Shown in pieces: positions 1 to 8,361 of a DNA stretch of 64,000 nucleotides (position 1 is its first letter; each line of letters begins with the position of its first letter). The DNA is from Clostridia bacterium (lineage in GTDB: Bacteria; Bacillota; Clostridia; UMGS1883; UMGS1540). The stretch is from assembly GCA_017450025.1 (NCBI GenBank), contig JAFSYJ010000038.1, positions 24,403 to 88,402 of the forward strand, in the 5' to 3' direction. Below the pieces are notes generated by a model. It searched no databases and was not told the DNA's origin. It saw only the letters and a list, made by a program, of their open reading frames with translations. The position numbers and the translations under genes are program-made.

Positions 1-317
1 AACAGCTTAAGCATTCCATCGGACTTGTCGCATACGGACAGCGTAATCCTGTTGAAGAATACAAGTTTATTGGATTTGATATGTTTGATGAAATGATTGC
101 CTCAATACGCGAAGATACCGTTAAATATATTCTCCGTGCCGGCGTCGCACAAAAAATAGAACGCGAGCAGGTTGCAAAGCCCACATCGGCGTCGCACGGC
201 GGTGACGGAACAGAGGCTAAAAAGCCCGTCAGAAAGGCGGAAAAGGTCGGCAGAAACGACCCGTGTCCGTGTGGCAGCGGCAAAAAATATAAAAAATGCT
301 GCGGCGCGAACGAATAG
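1..317 (+). CDS. secA: preprotein translocase SecA, C-terminal fragment (5' end outside window)
   Basis: ORF open to the window edge; C-terminal [14 protein letters not shown] zinc-binding tail typical of SecA. Confidence 0.8.
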   Translation, partial: QLKHSIGLVAYGQRNPVEEYKFIGFDMFDEMIASIREDTVKYILRAGVAQKIEREQVAKPTSASHGGDGTEAKKPVRKAEKVGRNDPCPCGSGKKYKKCCGANE

Positions 318-331
318 AAAGGAATGATTAG

Positions 332-1453
332 ATGCTGGAGCTTGAGCAATATAAACTCGACCTCGCGGCGATGGAGCCCGAACTTGATGAGCTTTATAGC
401 GCACTCGGAGTCGAAAGAGAACGCGGCAAACTTGCCGAGCTTGAAAAACAAAGTATGGATCCGAGCTTTTATAACGATTTGGAAGCATCGCAAAAGATCC
501 TTCGTAAAATAAAAGAGTCAAAGGACATTATCGCAAGCTATGAAACCCTTAAAAGCAAGTGGGAGGATTTGTCAACTCTTGTCGAGCTGGCTATGGACGA
601 GGACGATGAGAGCGTTATCGACGAAGTGAAGTCCGCGTATAAGGAGCTTGAAACCTCGCTGCAGGAGACAAAGCTTGCAACACTTTTGTCAGGACCTTAC
701 GATAAAAGCAATGCGATTATTTCAATACACGCAGGGGCAGGCGGAACAGAGGCACAGGATTGGGCGCAGATGCTTTTGCGAATGTACCAACGCTTTTCGG
801 AGCGGCGCGGATATAAGGTCAGCACGCTGGATTATCTTGACGGAGACGAAGCCGGCGTTAAAAGTGCAACTATACTTATAGAAGGTTTAAATGCGTACGG
901 CTACCTTAAATGCGAAAAAGGCGTTCACCGCCTTGTGCGTATTTCCCCGTTTGACGCTTCGGGCAGACGGCACACTTCCTTTGCGTCGCTTGATGTAATG
1001 CCCGATATTGAAGATGATATCGACATCACGATAAATCCAGAGGATTTAAAGGTAGATACCTTCCGTTCCAGCGGTGCGGGCGGACAGCATGTCAATAAAA
1101 CAGAATCTGCGATACGCATAACTCATATCCCGACGGGAATAGTGGTGTCCTGCCAGAATGAACGCTCACAGCATCAGAACAGAGATGTTGCAATGAAGAT
1201 GCTCAAGGCAAAGCTTGTTGAAATTGCCGAGCGCGAGCAAAAAGAAAAAATCGAGGATATTAAAGGCGTTCAAAAAGAAATTGCCTGGGGCAGTCAGATA
1301 CGCTCGTATGTGTTCCATCCTTATAATATGGTAAAGGACCATAGAACTTCATATGAAACAGGTAACACAACAGCCGTGATGGACGGCGACCTTGACGGAT
1401 TTATAAACGCTTATCTCAAGGCAGCAAACTTGGGAGAATTGAATTTAAAATAA
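332..1453 (+). CDS. prfB: peptide chain release factor 2
   Basis: SPF and GGQ motifs (RISPFDASGRRHTSF, SGAGGQHVN); collinear with B. subtilis RF2 over the whole length; single frame with no internal UGA. Confidence 0.95.
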   Translation: MLELEQYKLDLAAMEPELDELYSALGVERERGKLAELEKQSMDPSFYNDLEASQKILRKIKESKDIIASYETLKSKWEDLSTLVELAMDEDDESVIDEVKSAYKELETSLQETKLATLLSGPYDKSNAIISIHAGAGGTEAQDWAQMLLRMYQRFSERRGYKVSTLDYLDGDEAGVKSATILIEGLNAYGYLKCEKGVHRLVRISPFDASGRRHTSFASLDVMPDIEDDIDITINPEDLKVDTFRSSGAGGQHVNKTESAIRITHIPTGIVVSCQNERSQHQNRDVAMKMLKAKLVEIAEREQKEKIEDIKGVQKEIAWGSQIRSYVFHPYNMVKDHRTSYETGNTTAVMDGDLDGFINAYLKAANLGELNLK

Positions 1454-1465
1454 AAATATCAATAA

Positions 1466-1500
1466 AAGCCGCGAAAAATTCGATTTTTCACGGCTTTTTT
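1466..1500 (+). terminator. rho-independent terminator after prfB
   Basis: Imperfect 14-bp stem AAAGCCGCGAAAAAT / ATTTTTCACGGCTTT followed by TTTTTT. Confidence 0.6.
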
Positions 1501-1617
1501 ACCGAGTTTCTTCTATTATATATGTATAGCTCATGCACCTGTTTTGATATGCAAATTTTAAAACGCACTTTTTTGAAAAAAATATATAAATTAACATATA
1601 ACTTTTTATATAAAGTC

Positions 1618-1646
1618 TTGACAAATGTCGAAATTTGCGATAAACT
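1618..1646 (+). promoter_or_regulatory. sigma-70-type promoter (distal) for the S-layer gene
   Basis: TTGACA - 17 nt - TAAACT. Confidence 0.45.
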
Positions 1647-1759
1647 GATACAAGGAGAAAAGTTATGGGGGTTCCGGTGGTCGGTTAATACGGTCGGATT
1701 CTTTTGTGGCACTTCTGTAAATTGAATTTTACAGTTTTGTTACAACTGAAAAAAGACCA

Positions 1760-1788
1760 TTGACGAACAAAAAAGTCAATGCTATAAT
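1760..1788 (+). promoter_or_regulatory. sigma-70-type promoter (proximal) for the S-layer gene
   Basis: TTGACG - 17 nt - TATAAT; about 110-nt 5' UTR to the ATG at 1907. Confidence 0.55.
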
Positions 1789-1837
1789 CTAAACCACAGG
1801 AGGCAGTATAGCTTGTTTCCTTAGCACGGTCGCATAT

Positions 1838-1874
1838 GAAAGAGATGCGGCAAGTGCAAAACCACATCTCTTTC
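1838..1874 (+). promoter_or_regulatory. 5' UTR stem-loop (perfect 10-bp stem) in the S-layer mRNA leader
   Basis: GAAAGAGATG ... CATCTCTTTC inverted repeat with a 17-nt loop, 30 nt upstream of the AAGGAGG RBS; probably a leader-stabilising hairpin. Confidence 0.45.
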
Positions 1875-1906
1875 ACAAAAAAATATTTTTAAGGAGGATT
1901 TGAGAA

Positions 1907-4708
1907 ATGAAAAATCTCAAAAAAGTTCTGGCATTTGTTGTTGTTTTTGCAATGATGTTCACAATGGCAGTATCTGCAAGCTCCTTCAAGGATGTAGCAG
2001 ATGACGCATCTTATGCAGAAGCAGTAACAATTCTGAACGCTCTCGGTCTCATGATTGGTGACAATGAGGGCAATTTTAATCCCGATCAGTCTATCACAAG
2101 AGCAGAAGCTGCTACAGTTATTGTAAGAGCTAAAGGCTTGGACAATGCTGCTGCAGGTGCTGTTGGCACAACAGCATTCACAGATGTTCCTGCTGATCAC
2201 TGGGCATCGGGCTATATCAATATCGCTACACAGAGCGGTATAGTTGCAGGTTATGGCGACGGCACATTCGGTCCTTCAAATCCTGTAACATATGAGCAGA
2301 TGGTTAAGCTTATCGTTGCTGCTCTCGGTTACACACCGAAGGCTGAAGCAAACGGCGGCTATCCCACAGGTTACCTTGTAATCGCTTCTCAGAAGAACAT
2401 TACAAAGGGAGCTACAGGCAATGCAGGCGATGCTGCTCCCAGAAAGACAGTTGCTCGTCTCATATACAATGCACTTGATGTTAACATGATGGAGCAGACA
2501 GTATTCACAAAGGATTCTGAAGAATTCAAAGAATGCAATCCGCCTCGTTACCTCCTCCATGATCTTGGTGTTTCCAAGTATGAAGGTGACATCACAGGCA
2601 CATATGCTTCTAAGGGCAATGCTGACAAAGAAACTATCGATATGAAGTACACAAGCCAGAAGAACGGTTTTGACGGTTATGCAAGCACTTCCGGCGGTAA
2701 CATAATATTCGATTCTTTCGGCAAAACAAATGCAGCTGATTACCTCGGCTACAATGTAACAGTTTATGCTGAACTCGACGATGCAACAGACGATATGGTA
2801 ATCCTCGCAGTTGCTCCGAAGTCAGGCAAAAATGATGTTGTTGAATTAGACTATGCTGACATCAACAAAGTTGATTTTGTTGACAAAACAGAAACTGACA
2901 CTGAAAAGCTTGTTCCTATAGAAATTGAATACGGCGATGATGATGACGATCTCGACATCTCCAAGAATGCTACCTACTTCTGGAACGGTCAGGAAAATGC
3001 TAAACTTGCAAAAGCTTTCTTAAAGGCAATTGCCGATGATGCAGTTACAACAGGCGGTAAGGTTAAATTCTTAAGCACCGGTACAGACAGTGACGATTAC
3101 AACTTTGTATTTGTTACAGAGTACACAGATGATTTCCTTGTTGACGAAGTTAATGCTTCCAGAATGACAGCAACAGACAAAGACGGTAACTACAAGGTTG
3201 ACTTTGACAAAGACGGCGTTATTTATACAATTTATAAAGACGGCGAGCTTGCAACATTTGATGATATCAAAGTTGGCGATGTTCTTACACTTGCAAAGAG
3301 CAGCAAATCCAATGCAAGCCTTATAACAGTTTATATCAGCTCAAAGTCCGTAACAGGTACTGTTTCTGAAAAAACAAATGAGAGTGATGCATACTACAAG
3401 ATAGATGGTAACCTCTACAGAAAATCTCTGATCAATGGACCTGCCTCTATTGCAACTGGCGACAGCGGCACATTCTATCTCAATGTTGATAACAGAATCG
3501 TTGCTAAGGATACTTCAACAGGCAGCACAGCTGGCACATACGCTTATGTTATTAAGATAAAGAAGATTACTGATGATGAAAAGGTACAGATCAAATACCT
3601 CACAGCTGACGGTAAGTTTGAACAAAAAGACCTTGCATCTAAGCTCATTATGCATAAGGGTAATGATGAAGAAAAAGCAATTGATCCGTATAAAGAGTCA
3701 AACGATTCATTTAATGCATTGTTCGATGGAACAAATGCTATAAAGCAGCTTATTAAGTTCACAACCAACTCTGCAGGCGAAGTAAAGAACATTTATCTCG
3801 CAGCAAACGGCAAAGATGATGACAACTTCTCATTGGATAAGGATGATACAGCTGCAAGCTACAAGGCAAGCTCCAAGAAGCTCGGTAAAGTATTTGTAGA
3901 AGACAATACTTTGGTATTCAGAGTTCCTGAAGATCCTTCAACAACTTCTGATGAAAAAGATTTCTACATTTCCAATGCAAGAGCAACATTTAATGAAGAT
4001 GATACATTCAAATATGAAGCTTTCGATATGGATGGAGATTATCCTTCAGTTATCGTAGTATATGGTGGCGAGGCTATAATCGATTCTTCGACAAGAGTAC
4101 TTGTTATCACAAGCGTTGCTAAGGGCAGAAATGCAAACGATATTCCTGTTGACAAGTTCTACGGTTATCAGGAAGGCGTAAGCGTTTCCGCAGATGCTTC
4201 TGAAGATGGCGTTGACTACTATGATGTTAAAGGTAAGGCAATGACTAATGCACCTGAGCTCAAAGCCGGTGACGCTGTTATCTTCAACCTCGACGGTGCC
4301 GGCAACATTGACAAGATCCAGGTTCTCTTCACAGCAGATAAGGCTAAGGCTTTGGGAACAACAGCTTGGTACAGCGATGAAGACGACTTCGCTAAGGAAG
4401 AAGTTATAAACGCATTCGGTGTTGCTAATCAGAAGGCTTCCGGCGGCAACCTCACAGTTGACCTTAAGGGAACAGCTGCTAAAGATGATGTATTTACAGT
4501 AAAAGGCACATACAATGTATATGAAGTAAATATCAACAGATCTACACCTACTGTTTCCGTTTCTGACTATGCTTCTATCGATGTAGCAAAGACAATTTAC
4601 AACGGCGAAAACATGGATCAGGTTTATATCCGTCAGTATGATGGCGATGTTTACGATATCGTAGTTTACAGATCCACATTCAAGGGTACAGAGTACAGCA
4701 GAGAATAA
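1907..4708 (+). CDS. SLH-domain cell-surface (S-layer) protein, 933 aa, acidic
   Basis: Signal peptide; three N-terminal SLH repeats (FKDV...; FTDVPADHWASGYI...; third degenerate); strong AAGGAGG RBS; two promoters and a strong terminator. Confidence 0.85.
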   Translation: MKNLKKVLAFVVVFAMMFTMAVSASSFKDVADDASYAEAVTILNALGLMIGDNEGNFNPDQSITRAEAATVIVRAKGLDNAAAGAVGTTAFTDVPADHWASGYINIATQSGIVAGYGDGTFGPSNPVTYEQMVKLIVAALGYTPKAEANGGYPTGYLVIASQKNITKGATGNAGDAAPRKTVARLIYNALDVNMMEQTVFTKDSEEFKECNPPRYLLHDLGVSKYEGDITGTYASKGNADKETIDMKYTSQKNGFDGYASTSGGNIIFDSFGKTNAADYLGYNVTVYAELDDATDDMVILAVAPKSGKNDVVELDYADINKVDFVDKTETDTEKLVPIEIEYGDDDDDLDISKNATYFWNGQENAKLAKAFLKAIADDAVTTGGKVKFLSTGTDSDDYNFVFVTEYTDDFLVDEVNASRMTATDKDGNYKVDFDKDGVIYTIYKDGELATFDDIKVGDVLTLAKSSKSNASLITVYISSKSVTGTVSEKTNESDAYYKIDGNLYRKSLINGPASIATGDSGTFYLNVDNRIVAKDTSTGSTAGTYAYVIKIKKITDDEKVQIKYLTADGKFEQKDLASKLIMHKGNDEEKAIDPYKESNDSFNALFDGTNAIKQLIKFTTNSAGEVKNIYLAANGKDDDNFSLDKDDTAASYKASSKKLGKVFVEDNTLVFRVPEDPSTTSDEKDFYISNARATFNEDDTFKYEAFDMDGDYPSVIVVYGGEAIIDSSTRVLVITSVAKGRNANDIPVDKFYGYQEGVSVSADASEDGVDYYDVKGKAMTNAPELKAGDAVIFNLDGAGNIDKIQVLFTADKAKALGTTAWYSDEDDFAKEEVINAFGVANQKASGGNLTVDLKGTAAKDDVFTVKGTYNVYEVNINRSTPTVSVSDYASIDVAKTIYNGENMDQVYIRQYDGDVYDIVVYRSTFKGTEYSRE

Positions 4709-4736
4709 TCTGACTCTATTAACTTAATCCAAATCA

Positions 4737-4765
4737 GAACGGCGCTTAAAGCGCCGTTCTTTTTA
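4737..4765 (+). terminator. rho-independent terminator of the S-layer gene
   Basis: GAACGGCGCTTAAAGCGCCGTTC perfect hairpin followed by TTTTT. Confidence 0.8.
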
Positions 4766-4774
4766 CACTCCCGT

Positions 4775-4995
4775 TTTGGGACGAAGAGAAAATAGTGCAG
4801 AACGGACAAACGCGTCGGAGTCCGTAGTCAACTTAGCTACAATCCTCCCTTAACGGTCGGTTTTCCGCCCGTACTGCGACTCCTCCTTATCCCAAAAAGT
4901 CAACAGCCCTTTTGGGATCCCATTAGTACAGCTTGGGGTTATCCGAAGCGGTATATAGATACCGCGAGTGACAAAGTTTGTTCGTAGCATAAAGC
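4775..4995. ncRNA. candidate structured non-coding RNA or unexplained GC-rich intergenic element (strand unknown)
   Basis: About 220 nt without any ORF of 60 aa or more, clearly GC-richer than the flanks, lying between two terminators. It contains several local hairpins (CGGAC..GTCCG; GGAG[GTAG..CTAC]CTCC; ATCCCAAAAG..CTTTTGGGAT; CGGTAT..ATACCG). No match to an RNA family I can recognise. Confidence 0.25.
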
Positions 4996-5002
4996 ATTAA
5001 AA

Positions 5003-5033
5003 TAAAAAAATTCGCTGCTTAGCGAATTTTTCC
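5003..5033. terminator. bidirectional rho-independent terminator (serves larC on the minus strand)
   Basis: AATTCGCTGCTTAGCGAATT hairpin flanked by an A-run upstream and a T-run downstream. Confidence 0.65.
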
Positions 5034-5139
5034 ATTTTGTTTGGACTTATATCATGGTATTAAAATGCTTTTATGTCAATTTTTTTGATGCTTTATGCGC
5101 TCTGTGCATTTTGTCACAGCCCTTTTTTTATCTAATATG

Positions 5140-6327
5140 TTATATTGATATATGCTTCAAAACTTCTGAAACACTCATATTGTATTTTTCGGCTATTTCC
5201 ACCAAATCATCAAAGTTATACTTTGTTTTTACAACGCCATACCCCTGTGCAATTTCCTTTTTAACAGGACCGATTGATGAGTTTTTGGTTTCTTCACGGC
5301 AGCTCAATGCATAATTCCTGCATAAACTTTCTTTTATATTGGTTGTTGAGGTGTGCTTAAATATAAGAGGAATAAATTTTTCTTTTTCTTCCGAGTCACA
5401 TACTACACATATTAAAGTTCCGGCACGCGAATTTTTCATTCCAATTGGCATTGTGTACGCCTCAATCGCGCCTGCATCAAAAAAGATTTGCATAGCGTAT
5501 GCAATTTGCTCTGCCGTCATATCGTTAACGGCACAGTGCAGCTCCGATAAATCAGAAGATTTATCCGGCATTTCACCTAAAATAGCACGGATATAATTAT
5601 TGTCGTTTGAGTTTTTACTACCCATACCATAGCCGACTTTTTCGGTTTTAATTACAGGCATATTTCCAAATTCATTTACATAATATTTTAATAATGCGGC
5701 TCCTGCCGGCGTGCTTTGCCCGCCCGCATTTTCACTGTATATGGGCATACCGCGCAAAATGTGAAGCATTGTCGGCGTGGGAACAGATGTTGCACTATCG
5801 CTCTGCCCGTCGCTGCCAATATTTATTGGAGAAGATAATATTTTTTGCGCTGCAATCTGCTCGATAAGCATTGATACCATTGTTATGTTGGCTATCGTAT
5901 CGCGGGCACCGTCTTTATGAAGATGAATATCACTTACCGCCTTGCCGTGAGTTTGGCTTTTGGCATTTGCAATCAGCTTGTAAATTGCGACAACATCTTT
6001 CTGCACTTTTGGTGAAAGCCTGAGTTCTGAAATTATTTCTTCAATATCATGTAAAGAACGGTTGCGATGCTTATGCAAAGAACTTCCTCCGGAACTGCCG
6101 GAATCTGTTTGCTTTGCGTTTTTACCGCTTTCCATAATACGCACGCTTAGCCTTGTGCCTTCAAGACTGCCTTTTATTTCTTTGCGCGCGGCTACGCGCA
6201 CACCTTTGAGACCGGCGGAATTGATGTTTTTAATAAAACTGTCTTTGTCATCTGTCAGCTCGTATAGTACAGATGCGAGCCTGTCGGCAGATACACCCAT
6301 AGAGCAGTCAAGGTAAATTGTTTTCAT
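5140..6327 (-). CDS. larC: LarC-family (DUF111) nickel-insertion protein, nickel-pincer cofactor biosynthesis
   Basis: N-terminus MKTIYLDCSMGVSADRL matches the LarC/DUF111 start; about 395 aa; start moved to the second ATG, which has an AGGAAG RBS. Confidence 0.7.
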   Translation of the reverse strand: MKTIYLDCSMGVSADRLASVLYELTDDKDSFIKNINSAGLKGVRVAARKEIKGSLEGTRLSVRIMESGKNAKQTDSGSSGGSSLHKHRNRSLHDIEEIISELRLSPKVQKDVVAIYKLIANAKSQTHGKAVSDIHLHKDGARDTIANITMVSMLIEQIAAQKILSSPINIGSDGQSDSATSVPTPTMLHILRGMPIYSENAGGQSTPAGAALLKYYVNEFGNMPVIKTEKVGYGMGSKNSNDNNYIRAILGEMPDKSSDLSELHCAVNDMTAEQIAYAMQIFFDAGAIEAYTMPIGMKNSRAGTLICVVCDSEEKEKFIPLIFKHTSTTNIKESLCRNYALSCREETKNSSIGPVKKEIAQGYGVVKTKYNFDDLVEIAEKYNMSVSEVLKHISI

Positions 6328-6361
6328 GTTGTTATCTCTTCCTTTTTGCAAATATGCTATA

Positions 6362-6390
6362 ATTATATATTAAAAAATAAAAGATGTCAA
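6362..6390 (-). promoter_or_regulatory. promoter for larC
   Basis: Minus strand TTGACA - 17 nt - TATAAT. Confidence 0.45.
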
Positions 6391-6427
6391 ATAGATGTTT
6401 TGTTATTTGTAGAAAAACACATAATAC

Positions 6428-6456
6428 TTGACTAAAAAAGGATTTTATGCTAAAAT
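6428..6456 (+). promoter_or_regulatory. promoter for the zinc-ribbon/DUF4870 gene
   Basis: TTGACT - 17 nt - TAAAAT. Confidence 0.45.
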
Positions 6457-6489
6457 ATGATATATAAAAATAGAAGAGAGGTAGAAAAA

Positions 6490-6972
6490 ATGAAAAACTG
6501 TCCAAATTGCAACACTCAACTTGATGACAACGCTGTTTTTTGCGCAGCTTGCGGAGCACAGCTTGGCGCACCGCAGCAGCCTACACAAGGTTTTGTAAAT
6601 CCACAGCCCTATGCGCCTGCGTATGATCCGTATGACCATACGGCAGAATTTGATACCAAAGATATTTCTGAAAATAAGGTCTTTGCAATGCTTGTTTACT
6701 TACTTGGCACTATCGGCGTAATAATTGCCCTGCTTGCAAGCAATACATCTCCTTATGCCAGATTCCATGTTCGTCAGGGACTTAAGTTTACTGTTGTAGA
6801 AATATTGACAGTTATTGTTTCGCTTGTACTATGCTGGACAATAATTGTTCCTATTGCAGGTGCTATATTCCTTGGAGTTCTTGAAGTTATAAAAATTATT
6901 TGCTTCTTCCAGATTTGCTCCGGCAAAGCTAAAGAACCTGCAATTATAAAAGGTTTAAAATTCCTTAAATAA
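6490..6972 (+). CDS. zinc-ribbon plus DUF4870-like small membrane protein
   Basis: N-terminal CPNC...CAAC zinc ribbon, Pro/Gln-rich linker, C-terminal two-TM region with an ARFHVRQGL motif; start taken at MKNCPNC with a GAGAGG RBS. Confidence 0.6.
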   Translation: MKNCPNCNTQLDDNAVFCAACGAQLGAPQQPTQGFVNPQPYAPAYDPYDHTAEFDTKDISENKVFAMLVYLLGTIGVIIALLASNTSPYARFHVRQGLKFTVVEILTVIVSLVLCWTIIVPIAGAIFLGVLEVIKIICFFQICSGKAKEPAIIKGLKFLK

Positions 6973-6982
6973 TATAAATATC

Positions 6983-7008
6983 GGCGGGTCATAGACCCGC
7001 CTTTTTTA
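6983..7008 (+). terminator. rho-independent terminator
   Basis: GGCGGGTC ata GACCCGCC followed by TTTTTT. Confidence 0.75.
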
Positions 7009-7165
7009 CCTTTAAAATAAATTTTCATAAAAGCATAATATTGAGAAGTAAAAAATGAATATAGAGAATTGGCGTAAATGTAAAAATAATGTATCATATA
7101 AAGTATAGTGTGACTTTATGTAATATAAAGCTTTGTCGAAAATTTATTTAAAGGTTGTGTTGTTA

Positions 7166-7462
7166 ATGGAAATTAAGCAGACCGCAATGGTCGGAACACT
7201 GGAATCCAGCGATATTCAAATCAGTATTTCGCCAAATCCGGGCAAGGGCTTGGATATTCAGCTCCAAAGCGTTGTAAAAGCACAATTTGGTGATTCTATT
7301 GTTGCTACAATAAAAGAGGTTTTGGAATCCTTTGGTATTAAAGACGCGATTGTGGAAGCTGTAGATAGGGGTGCGTTGGAATGGATAATCCGTGCCAGAA
7401 CTCAGGCTGTTTGCTGCTATGCCACGGGGACAAAATTTGATTGGAAAGGGGAGGATAAGTAA
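7166..7462 (+). CDS. citD: citrate (or citramalate) lyase acyl carrier protein, gamma subunit
   Basis: MEIKQTAMVGTLESSD N-terminus carrying the prosthetic-group serine; about 98 aa. Confidence 0.85.
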   Translation: MEIKQTAMVGTLESSDIQISISPNPGKGLDIQLQSVVKAQFGDSIVATIKEVLESFGIKDAIVEAVDRGALEWIIRARTQAVCCYATGTKFDWKGEDK

Positions 7463-8361
7463 TGCAAACAGCTAAACTTAAAAGAACTTCTCTTTATGTC
7501 AGCGGCGCGAGCCCCGTTAATATGATACAGGCTGCGTTTTATAATGAGGACTGCCTTGTTTATGACCTCGAGGATTCTGTTCCGAACTCGGAAAAGGACG
7601 CCGCACGACTGATAGTTTATAATACGGTGCGTTATCACAGACCGGCGGGCAAGTATGTTATTATCCGTGTAAACGGTATTTATTCAGAATACATAGACGA
7701 GGATCTGGAAGCAGCCGTTCGCGCAAATCCCGATGCGATCCGTATTCCAAAAGTGGAATATAAAGAAGAAGTCACGCGCATTTGTCAGCGTATAACGGAT
7801 ATAGAAACCGCCGCAGGTATGGAAGTCGGCAAAATCGAAGTTTGGTGCAATATTGAGTCATATTTAGGTCTGATAAACGCTTACGATATTGCAACGGCGG
7901 ATCCGCGTGTCGTTGCGCTGGCTTTAGGGGCGGAGGACTTTACGGCAAGTATGAAGTCGCACCGCACAAAAGAAGGGCTTGAAATATTTTATGCCCGTAA
8001 TGCGCTGCTCACGGCTTGCCGCCACGCCGGAGTTGAAGCTATCGACGCTGTTTTCTCCGATATTAACGATGTAGAAGGTCTTAAAGAAGACACCGCACTT
8101 ACACGCAATCTGGGGTTTGACGGCAAGACTTGCGTTCATCCGAGGCAGATTGATATTGTTAATTCTTTCTTTACACCCAGCCAAAAAGAAATCAAATACG
8201 CCCTGCGCGTGCTGCAGGCGGTTGAAGAAGGCAAAAAGCAAAAGAAGGGCGCTGTGACATTAGACGGCAGTATGATAGATAAGCCTATGGAACTGCGTGC
8301 CGGAACAACATTGGCACAGGCAGAAGCCGCAGGAATCAATGTAGAGGAGGAATTACTGTGA
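7462..8361 (+). CDS. citE: citrate lyase beta subunit (citryl-CoA lyase; HpcH/HpaI aldolase family)
   Basis: Start overlaps the citD stop (TAATG); CitE-like sequence throughout. Confidence 0.85.
   Translation: MQTAKLKRTSLYVSGASPVNMIQAAFYNEDCLVYDLEDSVPNSEKDAARLIVYNTVRYHRPAGKYVIIRVNGIYSEYIDEDLEAAVRANPDAIRIPKVEYKEEVTRICQRITDIETAAGMEVGKIEVWCNIESYLGLINAYDIATADPRVVALALGAEDFTASMKSHRTKEGLEIFYARNALLTACRHAGVEAIDAVFSDINDVEGLKEDTALTRNLGFDGKTCVHPRQIDIVNSFFTPSQKEIKYALRVLQAVEEGKKQKKGAVTLDGSMIDKPMELRAGTTLAQAEAAGINVEEELL

Noticed and set aside
324-512. Alternative-frame ORF overlapping the prfB start, which might indicate a +1 frameshift in RF2
   Set aside because: The full-length RF2 aligns in a single frame from ATG 332, and there is no CUU UGA motif.
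4775-4995. tRNA, tmRNA, SRP RNA or RNase P RNA identity for the structured intergenic element
   Set aside because: No cloverleaf with a CCA end, no tmRNA termini, no SRP domain IV motif and no RNase P P4 motifs are recognisable.
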